DNA of 64,000 nt from an uncultured delta proteobacterium. GTDB lineage: Bacteria; Myxococcota; Myxococcia; SLRQ01. Positions within the stretch are counted from its first letter, which is position 1; each line of letters begins with the position of its first letter. Made by a program: the position numbers and the translations under genes. Location of the stretch: the NCBI GenBank assembly GCA_963727485.1, contig CAVSGM010000011.1:832001-896000 (forward strand). Reading direction: 5' to 3'. A model generated the notes under the pieces. That model was not told where the DNA came from, ran no database searches, and worked only from the letters and a program-made list of their open reading frames with translations. Positions 40,367 through 50,100 of the stretch are shown here, one piece after another.

Positions 40367-42715
40367 ATGCGGCGGACTGGTCTGGCGATGGCGGGGATCC
40401 TGGCCCTTGGCGGGGTCCTGGGCGTGGCGGTGTGGCACCGCCTCGGGCGGCCGTCCCCGGCGCCGAGGCCGTCCGTGGCCGTGGCCCCGAAGGCCCTGCC
40501 CGTGCCCCCCCAGCCGGTGGGAGCCCCGGTCGGCCCCACCCGCGGCGGCCCGCCCAGCGGGCGCATCTGCGGCCTGGTGGTCGACGCCGCCTCCCACGCC
40601 CCGGTCCCCGCCGCCCTGGTGGCCATCCGGGGCCCGGCGGGCTCGGAGACCACCAGCGCCGACGGCGACGGCCACTTCTGCTTCGAGCAGCTCCTGGCCG
40701 GGAGCTACTGCCTGGTGGCGCGGCTCGAGGGGCGCAGCTCCCAGGCGGTGGACGGCCTCCCCCTCGCCTCCGGCCAGGCCCTCGGCGACGTGGCCCTGAT
40801 CCTCGGCGGCGGGGTTCGGGTGAGCGGCCGGGTCCGGGACCGCCTCTCGGGCCAGGGGGTCGCGGGCGCCCGGGTCTCCGCCCGGGTCGACGGCCTCGGG
40901 GTCGCCGCCGCCACCACCGACGGCGACGGGGACTACCGCCTCGACGGCCTCGGCGCCGGCCGCCACGTCCTGACGGTGACGGCCCGGGGCTATGCCGGGG
41001 GCCGGGTCGACCTCCGGGTGGGCGGCAAGCGCCCGATCACCGGCGTCGACCTCTGGCTCGATCCCGGCGCCACCCTCCGGGGCCGGGTGGTGGACCCGGA
41101 CGGCAAGCCGGTGGCCGGCGCCGTGGTCTCCACCAGCTCCTACCGCCTCGCCGCCTCGCCGGCGCCGGTGGTCGCCAGCGCCCGGGACGGCGCGGTCACC
41201 GCCCCGGACGGCACCTTCCACCTGGTGGCCCCCCCGGGCCTGGTGACCCTCTACGCCACCGCCGAGGCCCTGGGCCCCGGCCGCCTCGGCGGGGTGCAGG
41301 CCACCGCCGGGGCCACCGTCAAGGGCCTGGTCATCCACCTCACCCGCCCGGCGGGCCTCACCCTCCAGGTCACCGCCCCCGACGGCAGCCCGGTCCCCGG
41401 GGCCCGGGTCCGGGTGGTCTGCGGCGGGAACCTGCTCTGCGCCTTCGCCACCGTCGGCGAGGGCGGCATCCTCGAGCTCACCCACCTCGCCCCCGGCGCC
41501 GCCCGGGTCCGCGCCGACGCCCCGGGCCTCGGCGAGGCCGGCGCCGAGATCACCCTCGACGCGGGCCTCAAGCGGCGCCTCACCCTGGTCCTCGGGGGCA
41601 CCGGCACCATCGCCGGGCGCCTGGTGGGGGTCGAGGGCGGGCCCATCTCGGGCGCGGTCATCCGCCTGGCCTCCGAGCTCACCCCCGGCGACGCCCGGCA
41701 GGTCGTCACCGGCGACGACGGCACCTTCCTCATCCAGGCCCCGGTCCAGGTGCCCTTCACCGTCGACGCCCTGTGGCACGGCGGCCCGGTCGCCGAGCGC
41801 CGGGGCGTCGAGGCCGGGGACCAGCTCCACCTGGTGGCCCGGGCCGCCGGGCGGATCACAGGCCAGGTCCTCGGCCCCGACGGCCAGCCGGTCACCGACT
41901 TCACCGTGGTCGCCGTCCCCGGCCCGTCGTCCGACGACAGCGGCCGCAGCGGCTACACCCGCCGCCGCTTCGCCACCGACACCGGCGACTTCGCCCTCGA
42001 CCACGTCCCCGCCGGCCGCTACCGGGTGCGGGCCTTCGCGCCGGGGGCCGCCACCAGCCGGGAGGTGCAGGTGGAGGTCGATCCCGGAACCGAGGCCGGC
42101 CCCCTGCGCCTGGTCCTCGGCGCCGCCGGGCGCATCTCCGGTCGGGTGGTCGACGCTCACGGCCGCCCCGTCGCCGGCGCCCGGGTGTCGGTGGACTTCG
42201 GGGGCGTGTACGGCATCGGCCGGTTCACCGGGGAGACCGGCCCGGTGACCGAGAGCGGCGCCGACGGTGCGTTCCTCCTCACCGACGTCCCGGCGGGCCA
42301 GGCCTCCCGGGTCTTCGCCTACCGCCCCGACCACCTCATGGGCGCCGCGGGCCCGGTCACCGTCGGCCCCGGCAGCGACGCCGGCCCGGTGACCATCCAC
42401 CTCCGGGCGCCGCCCCACACCCCGCCGAGCCAGGCCGAGGCCTTCGGCGGCGTGGGGATGACCATCGGCAGCCCCGGGGGCGGCCAGGTGCTCGTGGAGC
42501 ACGTCTACGAGGGCGGGCCTGCGTTCTTCGCCGGGCTCCGGGACGGCGACGTCCTCCTCTCGGTGGACGGGAAGTCCGTGGAGGCCCTCGGCCTCCCGGG
42601 GACCCTCCAGGCCATCCGCGGGCCCGTGGGGAGCCTGGTGACCCTGGAGGTGAACCGGCCCACCACCGGCGACCACTTCGTCGCCCGGGTGGTCCGGGTG
42701 CTCCTGCGCCTCTGA
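40367..42715 (+). CDS. Carboxypeptidase-regulatory-like repeat protein with C-terminal PDZ
   Basis: N-terminal TM, repeated GRVVD..G.PVAGA.V...DG.F units, GVGM...AGLRDGDVLLSVDG PDZ. Confidence 0.88.
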   Translation: MRRTGLAMAGILALGGVLGVAVWHRLGRPSPAPRPSVAVAPKALPVPPQPVGAPVGPTRGGPPSGRICGLVVDAASHAPVPAALVAIRGPAGSETTSADGDGHFCFEQLLAGSYCLVARLEGRSSQAVDGLPLASGQALGDVALILGGGVRVSGRVRDRLSGQGVAGARVSARVDGLGVAAATTDGDGDYRLDGLGAGRHVLTVTARGYAGGRVDLRVGGKRPITGVDLWLDPGATLRGRVVDPDGKPVAGAVVSTSSYRLAASPAPVVASARDGAVTAPDGTFHLVAPPGLVTLYATAEALGPGRLGGVQATAGATVKGLVIHLTRPAGLTLQVTAPDGSPVPGARVRVVCGGNLLCAFATVGEGGILELTHLAPGAARVRADAPGLGEAGAEITLDAGLKRRLTLVLGGTGTIAGRLVGVEGGPISGAVIRLASELTPGDARQVVTGDDGTFLIQAPVQVPFTVDALWHGGPVAERRGVEAGDQLHLVARAAGRITGQVLGPDGQPVTDFTVVAVPGPSSDDSGRSGYTRRRFATDTGDFALDHVPAGRYRVRAFAPGAATSREVQVEVDPGTEAGPLRLVLGAAGRISGRVVDAHGRPVAGARVSVDFGGVYGIGRFTGETGPVTESGADGAFLLTDVPAGQASRVFAYRPDHLMGAAGPVTVGPGSDAGPVTIHLRAPPHTPPSQAEAFGGVGMTIGSPGGGQVLVEHVYEGGPAFFAGLRDGDVLLSVDGKSVEALGLPGTLQAIRGPVGSLVTLEVNRPTTGDHFVARVVRVLLRL

Positions 42716-42745
42716 CCCGGGCGGCGCGTCCCGGTCCCCCCGGCG

Positions 42746-43870
42746 TCAGGCGCCCTCGATGAGCTCGACGTTGGCCCGGGGGATCACCGCCGACTCGCCG
42801 TCCTCGAAGGTCACCTCGAGGACGCGGACCTCGGTCTCCGACGCCATCTTCACCAGGGCGTGGGGCAGGGCGGAGACGGTGCCGATGCGCCCGAAGTAGG
42901 GGTGGCGGATGCAGCGGATGAGGCTGCCCACCTCGATGCCCTTGATCTCCTCGGTGCCGTCGCCGTCCGCGGACTTCTCGGGGTGGGGGATGACGACCTC
43001 GGGGCGGATGACGCCGGCGCGGATCTGGGTGGCGCCGTTGATGGAGGCGATGTCGCCCTGGTGGGCGGTGAGGAGGGCGTGGGTGCGCCCGGCCATGGCG
43101 ATGTGGCCGAAGCCCTCGGTGATGATGAGGGTGGTGGGGATCTGCTCGCCGCCGGTGATGGCGACGCCGACCTCGTAGCCGAGGAGCGCCTTGATGTCGT
43201 GGTAGTCGAAGCCGCCGACGATGACGCCCTTGGCGCCGACCTCGAAGGCGGCCTTGAGGGCGTCGAGGGTGGCGAAGGCGCCGCCGACCACGATCTTGCC
43301 GGCGCAGCGGCCGTCGAAGTCGCCGGGCTCGAGGACGGCGTCCGGGGACTGGCTCACGACCAGGATCTCGCCCTGGCGCTCGCCGCCGAGGCCGAAGATG
43401 CCCTGGATGAAGGTCGCCGGGGTGGTGACCACCACGCCCTCGCGCTCGAGGATCTCGGTGACCGTCCCGTCGACGTAGGCGCTGACCTCGACGGGGGTCG
43501 GCTTCTCCCGGAGCATCACCTGGCCGGTGACCTTGGAGATGCTGTCCACGGTGCCGTCGATGGGCGAGACCACCCGGCCCTTGAACAGGCCCCAGATCCC
43601 CGGGGTCTCGGCGAAGACCTGGCCCTTCTCCACGGTCTCGCCCTCCTTGCGGAGCATCCGGCTGGGGACCTCCTCGGGGAGGACGCCGAGGGCGTTGGCG
43701 ACGTTGGAGGGGAAGACCTTGCCGGGGAGCTCGGTGCGGGCGACGACGTCGGCGGCGCGGACCGAGGCGCCGACGTCCACGGTGACCTCGCCGAGGAGCG
43801 GCAGGCGCCGGGTCTTCTTGACCACGGCGTGCTCGGTGACCTTGAGGCCGGGGGTGAAGGCGTGGGCCAT
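42746..43870 (-). CDS. Conserved hypothetical protein, operonic partner of the GlmL-like ATPase
   Basis: Intact 374-aa ORF with strong codon bias, 3 nt downstream of the glmL-like gene; barrel-sandwich-hybrid-like and KOW-like segments. Confidence 0.85.
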   Translation of the reverse strand: MAHAFTPGLKVTEHAVVKKTRRLPLLGEVTVDVGASVRAADVVARTELPGKVFPSNVANALGVLPEEVPSRMLRKEGETVEKGQVFAETPGIWGLFKGRVVSPIDGTVDSISKVTGQVMLREKPTPVEVSAYVDGTVTEILEREGVVVTTPATFIQGIFGLGGERQGEILVVSQSPDAVLEPGDFDGRCAGKIVVGGAFATLDALKAAFEVGAKGVIVGGFDYHDIKALLGYEVGVAITGGEQIPTTLIITEGFGHIAMAGRTHALLTAHQGDIASINGATQIRAGVIRPEVVIPHPEKSADGDGTEEIKGIEVGSLIRCIRHPYFGRIGTVSALPHALVKMASETEVRVLEVTFEDGESAVIPRANVELIEGA

Positions 43871-43873
43871 GGG

Positions 43874-45716
43874 CTACTCCGGGTAGACCTCGAGGGGGGC
43901 GTTCCAGGCCTCGAGGCGGGCGGTGCGCTGCTCGGTGGGGACGACGAGGGGGCGGCCGCGGCCGTCGGTCACCAGGCCCACCACGCCGCCGTTGATCTCA
44001 CGCTCCAGCGGCTGTCCCATCCCGGCGCCGACGTCGACCTTGCGCTCGGGGGTGACGGTGATGCGGGTCTTCTCGCCGGGGTCGTAGGGGAGCTCGAAGC
44101 GGCGGACCTCGCCGACGAGGATGTCGCACTCGCCGGCGGCGCCGCCGGGACCGGTCCAGGAGAGGTGGGCCAGCTTGTCGCCGTCGCGGACCCGGCCCTT
44201 GCGGACCACCGGGGCCACCACGGTCCCCAGGCGGATGAGGCAGTCCTTCTCGAAGACGTCGGTGGCGGCCTTCTCGTTCACCGTGGAGAGCACGCCGAGG
44301 TGCGGCATCATGAAGATGCTGTCGACGGCGAGCTCGGTGACGCCCTCGGGCATGAAGGCGTCGATCATCATCATGAACGACTGGGTCCGGCGCGGCGCGT
44401 GGGAGAGCACCCCGCCGGAGCCGATGATCAGGTCGAGGTCCATCATCTTCATCAGCGACGCGCCGGAGGCGTTCTGGTCGAAGGCGTCGGAGACGGTGCG
44501 CTCGGTCTGCACGCCCTTGAGGCCGACGGCGAACTCCTTGTGCTGGATGAAGGCCAGCCGCAGGGCCTCGCGGGCGATGGCCTGCTCGATCTTCAGCTCC
44601 TCCAGGGTCTGGGGGAGGTGGTCGGGCGGATCATCTTGTTGCCGATGCGGTTTCGCAGCTCGGCCTCGTCGATGTCGAAGGGCACCCAGCGCAGGATGCT
44701 CGGCAGCCCCGCCTCGGCCAGCACGTTGGACACCGAGTAGCTCATGCCCAGGTTCGCGGAGACGGTGCGGTTGAAGGTGCCGCCGAAGACGCTGAACACG
44801 TCGGTGGTGGCGCCGCCGATGTCCACCCCGGCGACGTTGATGCCCTCGCGCTTGGCGATGGCCTGCATGATGAGGCCGACCGCCCCCGGGGTGGGCATGA
44901 TGGGCGCGTCGGTCCAGCTCATGAGCTTCTTGTAGCCCGGCGCCTGGGCCATCACGTGCTCCATGAACAGGTCGTGGATCTCGTCGCGGGCCGGGCCGAG
45001 GTTCTCCTCCTCGAGGCGCGGGCGCAGGTTGTCCACCACTGAGAGGTCGGTCTTCTCGCCGAGGATGCGCTCGACCTCGCCCCGGGCCTTCCTGTTGCCG
45101 GCGAAGATCACCGGGAGATCGAAGCCGACGCCCAGGCGCGGCCTCGGGGTTGGCGGCGGCGAAGAGCTCGGCCAGCTCGACCACGTGCGAGACGGTGCCG
45201 CCGTCGATGCCGCCGGCGAGCAGGATCATGTCCGGGCGCAGCTGGCGGATGCGCTCGATCTGCTCGTGGGGCGGCCGCTCGTCGTTGGAGGCGATGGCGT
45301 CCATGACGATGGCGCCGGCGCCGAGGGCGGCCCGGGCCGCGCACTCGGCGGTCATGGAGCGCACCACCCCGACGACCATCATCTGCAGGCCCCCGCCGGC
45401 GGAGCTGGTGGAGATGTAGATGTCCACGCCCGTCGTCGCCGGTCTGGGGCCGCTGGATGAAGCCGTCCGTCGCCCAGGAGCGTCCGGCCCCGGACAGCTC
45501 CTCGACCTCCTGGGCTGGAGTTGAGGACGCCGAGGGTGACGTCCTCGAAGGGGGCCTCGACGGTGGTCGGGGCCTCGCCGCGGGTCACCAGCCGGTAGGT
45601 CCCGTCGACCTGCGCTCGATGAGGATCGCCTTGGTCGTGGTGGAGCCGCAGTCGGTGGCGAGCACGGAGCGGATGTCGGTGAGGTCCCGATCGCTGCCAG
45701 GGGCGCCCTCGGGCAT
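43874..45716 (-). pseudogene. glmL: Glutamate mutase L (GlmL/MutL)-like ASKHA ATPase, about 7 frameshifts (possibly assembly errors)
   Basis: DCGSTTTK, SSAGGGL, PDMILLAGGIDGG, IMPTPGAV and DIGGATTDVFS motifs spread over several frames. Confidence 0.8.
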
Positions 45717-45831
45717 GGAAACCTCCAGGATGTGCAATACTTACGAGTTCGCGGAAGCTAGCCCGCGGTGACCATCCGGGTCAAGGCGGCGGGCGCGCCG
45801 TCCTTGCCGCCGGGGCCGGCGTCTCCGTAAA

Positions 45832-48093
45832 GTGCCGGCGGGTGTGACCTTGTCCACGGGATACGGCAGATACCGGCTTCTCCAGTGCCTCGCTCGCGGG
45901 GGCATGGCGGAGATCTGGCTGGCGCAGGACCGCGGCCCCGACGGGCCGCGGCTGGTGGTGGTCAAGCGCATCCTCCCCGGCCTCGCCGACCGGCGGGACC
46001 TCGCCGAGATGTTCCTCGACGAGGCCCAGCTCGCCGCCCACCTCGACCACCCCAACGTGGTGAAGATCTTCGAGCATGGCGAGCTCGACGGGGACTCGTT
46101 CATCGCCATGGAGCTCATCGAGGGGGAGAACCTGCGCACGGTGGTGCGCCGGGCGGTGGCGGCCGGACGCCCGGGGATGCCCCTGCCCCTGGCGGTGAAG
46201 GCCATCGCCGACTCGGCCCGCGGCCTCCACCACGCCCACAGCCGGGTCGACGCCGACGGCCGGCCGCTGGGGATCATCCACCGGGACGTGAGCCCCCAGA
46301 ACCTCCTGGTCAGCTACACCGGCCGGGTGAAGGTGGTGGACTTCGGCATCGCCAAGGCGGCGACGTCGCTCACCGAGACCCGCACCGGGGTCCTCAAGGG
46401 CAAGTACCCCTACATGAGCCCCGAGCAGGTCATGGGTCGGAAGATCGACGCCCGGTCCGACCTCTTCTCGCTCGGGGTGGTGCTCTGGGAGCTGGTGTGC
46501 GGCGACCGGCTCTACCGCCAGTCCACCGACTTCCTGGTGATGCAGGCCATCGTCAAGGAGCCGCCGCCGCCGCCGTCGACGGTCCGCGACGACGTCCCCC
46601 GGGCCCTCGACGCCCTGGTGGTGCGGGCGCTCGCCAAGGATCCCCGCGACCGCTTCCCCTCGAGCGAGGCCTTCGCCCGGGCCCTCGACGCCTTCCTCGA
46701 GCGCAGCGGCGAGGCGGTCACCGAGGGGGACCTCGCGGCGTTCATGCACGAGCTGCTCCCCGACCGCATCGCCGTGTGGGAGAAGGTCCTCTCCGAGGCC
46801 GCCGAGGCCGACCCCTCCCAGGGGCTCCTCGACGAGCTCGCCGCCGGGGGCGGGGCGACGCCGGCGGCGGGGTCCCAGCTCCTCTCGAGCCGGAGCGGGA
46901 GCCGGTCCGGGAGCAAGAGCGGCTCGGGCCTCGGCTCGGGACCGGCGACCCCACCCCTCGCCGAGGCGGCCCCGGGGCCCGAGCGCACCAGCGCCACCGT
47001 GGCCCTGCGCAAGCCCGCGCCCGGGGCGCCCTCGAGCCGTCCGCCGCCCCTGCCGTCCCTGCCGTCCCTGTCGCTCCCGGACGACGACCTCCCGGGCACC
47101 CGTGCAGCGCCGCCCCCGGGGCTCCCCCGGGAGGCCCCGCCCATGGACGACCTGGAGACCCGGGCGTCGGTGCGGGGTGGGGCGGCCGCGGCCCGGGCTC
47201 CGGCCTCGCCGCCGTCGGTGGAGGTGGCCCCGGACGCCGGGGCGCCCGCGGCCGCCGACGCGCCGGTGGACGCGCGCCTCGCGGTGCCCCCCGAGGAGGT
47301 CGACGACGCCTCCACCGTCGCCGCCCGGGCCGCCCCCGAGGCGCCCACCGCCGCGGTCCCTCCGCCCGCGGCCCCGGCGGCCCCCGAGGCGCCCGGCCCC
47401 GGCGACGACGCGGGCATGCCCCTCACCGCCCCGCCCGCCGAGCCCCCGGCGCCGCCCAAGGGGATGCTCCGGGAGGCCCCCCAGGCGAAGCCCGACCGCC
47501 CCTCGTTCTCCGAGCGCCGGGCCGACCGGAAGGCCGAGAAGGCCGCGGCCAAGCGGGAGAAGCAGCTCGCCCGCGTCGCCGCCCGGCAGGCCCGGCGCGC
47601 CCGGGACCCGGCGCCGCCGCCGGCCGCGGCGAAGGCCCCGCGGAGGCCGTCGAAGAAGCGGGCGCCGGCGCGGGTCACCGCCGGGGGCACCGAGGTCCTC
47701 CGGAAGGCCGCCACGCCCCTGGTGTGGGTGGGCCGCCTCGCCGTCGCCGCGGCGACCATCGGCCTCATCATCTGGATCGCCCAGGGGGTGGCCCACGACA
47801 AGGGCCTCGACCAGCACCCCGACAAGCTCGTCGATCCCCTGGTGACCGCGGTGCAGAAGCTCGCCGGGGTGGGGGGCCCGGGGACCCTCCGCGTCGACTC
47901 CCGGCCCGAGGGCGCCACCGTGCGCGTCGACGGCCAGGTCCTCGGACACACGCCGGTCCACCAGGACTACGCGCCCCGGGCCGACCGGGTGCGGGTGGAG
48001 ATCACCAAGCGCGGCTATCGCACCTGGCGCGGCGAGATCGTCCACGCCAAGCAGGGGATCCAGGTCGACGCCCACCTGGTGCGCCGGCGTTGA
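45832..48093 (+). CDS. Membrane Ser/Thr protein kinase with Pro-rich linker, TM and PEGA domain
   Basis: GGMAEIW, VVKR, HRDVSPQN, DFG, YMSPEQ; C-terminal SRPEGATVRVDG PEGA. Confidence 0.93.
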   Translation: MPAGVTLSTGYGRYRLLQCLARGGMAEIWLAQDRGPDGPRLVVVKRILPGLADRRDLAEMFLDEAQLAAHLDHPNVVKIFEHGELDGDSFIAMELIEGENLRTVVRRAVAAGRPGMPLPLAVKAIADSARGLHHAHSRVDADGRPLGIIHRDVSPQNLLVSYTGRVKVVDFGIAKAATSLTETRTGVLKGKYPYMSPEQVMGRKIDARSDLFSLGVVLWELVCGDRLYRQSTDFLVMQAIVKEPPPPPSTVRDDVPRALDALVVRALAKDPRDRFPSSEAFARALDAFLERSGEAVTEGDLAAFMHELLPDRIAVWEKVLSEAAEADPSQGLLDELAAGGGATPAAGSQLLSSRSGSRSGSKSGSGLGSGPATPPLAEAAPGPERTSATVALRKPAPGAPSSRPPPLPSLPSLSLPDDDLPGTRAAPPPGLPREAPPMDDLETRASVRGGAAAARAPASPPSVEVAPDAGAPAAADAPVDARLAVPPEEVDDASTVAARAAPEAPTAAVPPPAAPAAPEAPGPGDDAGMPLTAPPAEPPAPPKGMLREAPQAKPDRPSFSERRADRKAEKAAAKREKQLARVAARQARRARDPAPPPAAAKAPRRPSKKRAPARVTAGGTEVLRKAATPLVWVGRLAVAAATIGLIIWIAQGVAHDKGLDQHPDKLVDPLVTAVQKLAGVGGPGTLRVDSRPEGATVRVDGQVLGHTPVHQDYAPRADRVRVEITKRGYRTWRGEIVHAKQGIQVDAHLVRRR

Positions 48094-48111
48094 CCACACG
48101 CGGCGAATTTC

Positions 48112-48140
48112 TTTACCGCGGGATCCGCGCCGGCTACGAT
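48112..48140 (+). promoter_or_regulatory. Sigma70-like promoter with no sense CDS immediately downstream
   Basis: TTTACC-N17-TACGAT. Confidence 0.5.
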
Positions 48141-48146
48141 CCGTAG

Positions 48147-48289
48147 GTGAGAGGGAACGGGGCGGCACGGCGTATCACCTGAACCCGTGATGCCCGCGCC
48201 GCCCGCGCCCTCCGAGCCGCAAGCCCGACGGCCCTGGCCCGGGCCACCGACTCCATCCGCCCGGGGGCGCGGGGCACCGCCGCTCCCGC
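48147..48289 (+). ncRNA. Candidate small RNA (long hairpin 48151-48212)
   Basis: Lies just downstream of the promoter in a convergent intergenic gap; imperfect stem of about 23 bp with CTGAACCC loop; 3' end unknown. Confidence 0.35.
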
Positions 48290-48643
48290 CTAGGGTCCCT
48301 CGGGCCCGTCGTCGCCCTTCGACGGGGGCGCCTCCTCGGCCGCGCCCTTCGGCGGCACCTTCGCCGGCGGCGGCGCGTCCACCGCGTCCTCGATGCGCCG
48401 GGCCAACCGCTCCAGGGCCTCCTTGCGTTCCAGGAGGTGGGCGACGCGTCCGTAGCCGGGCCCGCCGTAGAACACCCCCACCAGGGGCTGGAAGAAGTAG
48501 AGGAGCTGGCTGCCCACGAACTCCAGGGGCTTGAAGGTCTCGAGGAGGAAGATCGCCGGGACCTCGAGGCGCCGGCGCACCACCTCGGTGGCGATGCGGT
48601 CGAGGAGGGCCTCGTCCTCGGGGGTCAGGGGCTCACGGGCCAT
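48290..48643 (-). CDS. Conserved hypothetical protein
   Basis: LLDRIATEVVRRRLEVPAIFLLETFKPLEFVGSQLLYFFQP; GGAG RBS. Confidence 0.8.
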   Translation of the reverse strand: MAREPLTPEDEALLDRIATEVVRRRLEVPAIFLLETFKPLEFVGSQLLYFFQPLVGVFYGGPGYGRVAHLLERKEALERLARRIEDAVDAPPPAKVPPKGAAEEAPPSKGDDGPEGP

Positions 48644-49169
48644 CGCGGTCTCCGTCGTCGGGCGCGCCGGGCGGGGCGTCTGCCGAGTCCGGCGCCGGCG
48701 CATCCTCCCGCGTCGCCGCCTCCGCGTCCATCCGCCGGCGCAGCTCCGCCATCACCTCGGCGCGGTTGGCCCCGCCCTCGGCGAAGACCACGAAGATCCC
48801 CCGGGGCCCGTCCAGGGGCGAGGGCCGGCGAAACGGCGAGAGCAGGACCCCCTCCCGGGCCTCGCGCAGCCGGCGCACCTCGGACCAGGGGCGGTGCTGC
48901 CTGGCCCCGAGGAAGGTCACGTGGACCCCCGCGTCGTCGAGGACGAAGCGCGTGGGGAACAGGAACCGCCCGGTGGCGGCGACCAGGAGGAAGGCGCCGA
49001 TCACCGCCAGCCAGGGGCTCTCCCAGACCACCGACAGGGCCCCCTCCACCGCCAGCACCACCGCCAGGAGCAGCACCCCACGCCAGGGGTGGTCCCGGAG
49101 GGGGTGGACGGTCCACCCGAGGCCCGGGCTCGGGGGGGCTTCGGCATTGTTGACCGGGGGACTGGGCAC
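48633..49169 (-). CDS. Hypothetical two-TM membrane protein with PH-like beta domain
   Basis: WTVHP, two TMs, FPTRFVLDDAGV...RPWSEVRR...GVLLSPF; overlaps the next gene. Confidence 0.75.
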   Translation of the reverse strand: MPSPPVNNAEAPPSPGLGWTVHPLRDHPWRGVLLLAVVLAVEGALSVVWESPWLAVIGAFLLVAATGRFLFPTRFVLDDAGVHVTFLGARQHRPWSEVRRLREAREGVLLSPFRRPSPLDGPRGIFVVFAEGGANRAEVMAELRRRMDAEAATREDAPAPDSADAPPGAPDDGDRDGP

Positions 49170-49206
49170 CGTTACGCTCACGCTCGACTTTACAGGGGTT
49201 TTTCCG

Positions 49207-50100
49207 TTGCCACGCCTCGTCGCCTTCTCCAAGTACCACGGCCTGGGGAACGACTTCCTGGTCATCGACCGCCGCCACGGCGACGTGCCCATGGACTCGG
49301 GCCTCGCCATGCGCCTCTGCGACCGCCACCGCGGCGTCGGGGCCGATGGCGTGCTCTCGGTGCTGCCCCCCACCACCGAGGGCGCCGACCTGCGGATGGT
49401 GGTGCACAACGCCGACGGAAGCGAGCCGGAGACCTGCGGCAACGGCATCCGCTGCGTGGCCTGGTTCGCCGGGCGCAGGCTCCCCGAGCACGCCGGGGCC
49501 GCGCAGCTGCGCATCGAGACCGGCGCCGGCGTCGTCGTCTGCGATCTCGAGGGCGACGACCCCGACACCGGCGTCGTCCGCGTGGACATGGGCCGCCCGC
49601 GCCTCGAGGCCAAGGAGGTCGGCGTCGCCGATCCCCTGCCCACCCGGGGCCGGATCGTCGACGCGCCCTTCATCCTCGGGGGCCGGCAGGTGAGGCTCAC
49701 CGCCGTGTCCATGGGCAACCCCCACGCGGTCATCTTCGAGGGCGCCCGCCCCGACGACGCCCCGGTCCTCGGCGCCGGCCTCGAGCACCACCCGGCCTTC
49801 CCCGAGGGCGTCAACGCCGGCTTCGCCCGGGCCGACTCGAAGACCGAGCTCACCCTGGTGGTCTGGGAGCGGGGCTGCGGCATCACCCAGGCCTGCGGCA
49901 CCGGCGCCTGCGCCGCCGCCGTCGCCGGGGTCGCCACCGGGCGCCTCGAGGCCGGGGTCCCGGTCCGGGTCCACCTCCCCGGCGGCGACCTCGCCATCGA
50001 GGTGGCCAAGGACCTCTCGCGGGTGCACATGGCGGGCCCGGTGGTCCGGGTCTACGACGGCGAGCTGGAGCTCGATCGCTTCGTCCGGGGCACCCCGTGA
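49207..50100 (+). CDS. dapF: Diaminopimelate epimerase
   Basis: KYHGLGNDF, GVGADG, NADGSEPETCGNGIRC, MGNPH, WERGCGITQACGTG. Confidence 0.96.
   Translation: MPRLVAFSKYHGLGNDFLVIDRRHGDVPMDSGLAMRLCDRHRGVGADGVLSVLPPTTEGADLRMVVHNADGSEPETCGNGIRCVAWFAGRRLPEHAGAAQLRIETGAGVVVCDLEGDDPDTGVVRVDMGRPRLEAKEVGVADPLPTRGRIVDAPFILGGRQVRLTAVSMGNPHAVIFEGARPDDAPVLGAGLEHHPAFPEGVNAGFARADSKTELTLVVWERGCGITQACGTGACAAAVAGVATGRLEAGVPVRVHLPGGDLAIEVAKDLSRVHMAGPVVRVYDGELELDRFVRGTP

Noticed and set aside
40309..40799. Called C-terminal extension of the coiled-coil ORF
   Set aside because: Implausible Trp/Pro/Arg-rich sequence overlapping the next gene; explained by a one-base indel
36309..42676. Long antisense ORFs (1309 aa and 1655 aa)
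   Set aside because: Shadows of GC3-biased sense genes; low-complexity translations
48187..48534. 115-aa Pro/Arg-rich ORF downstream of the 48112 promoter
   Set aside because: Low complexity, start buried in the hairpin, and overlaps a better-supported minus-strand gene
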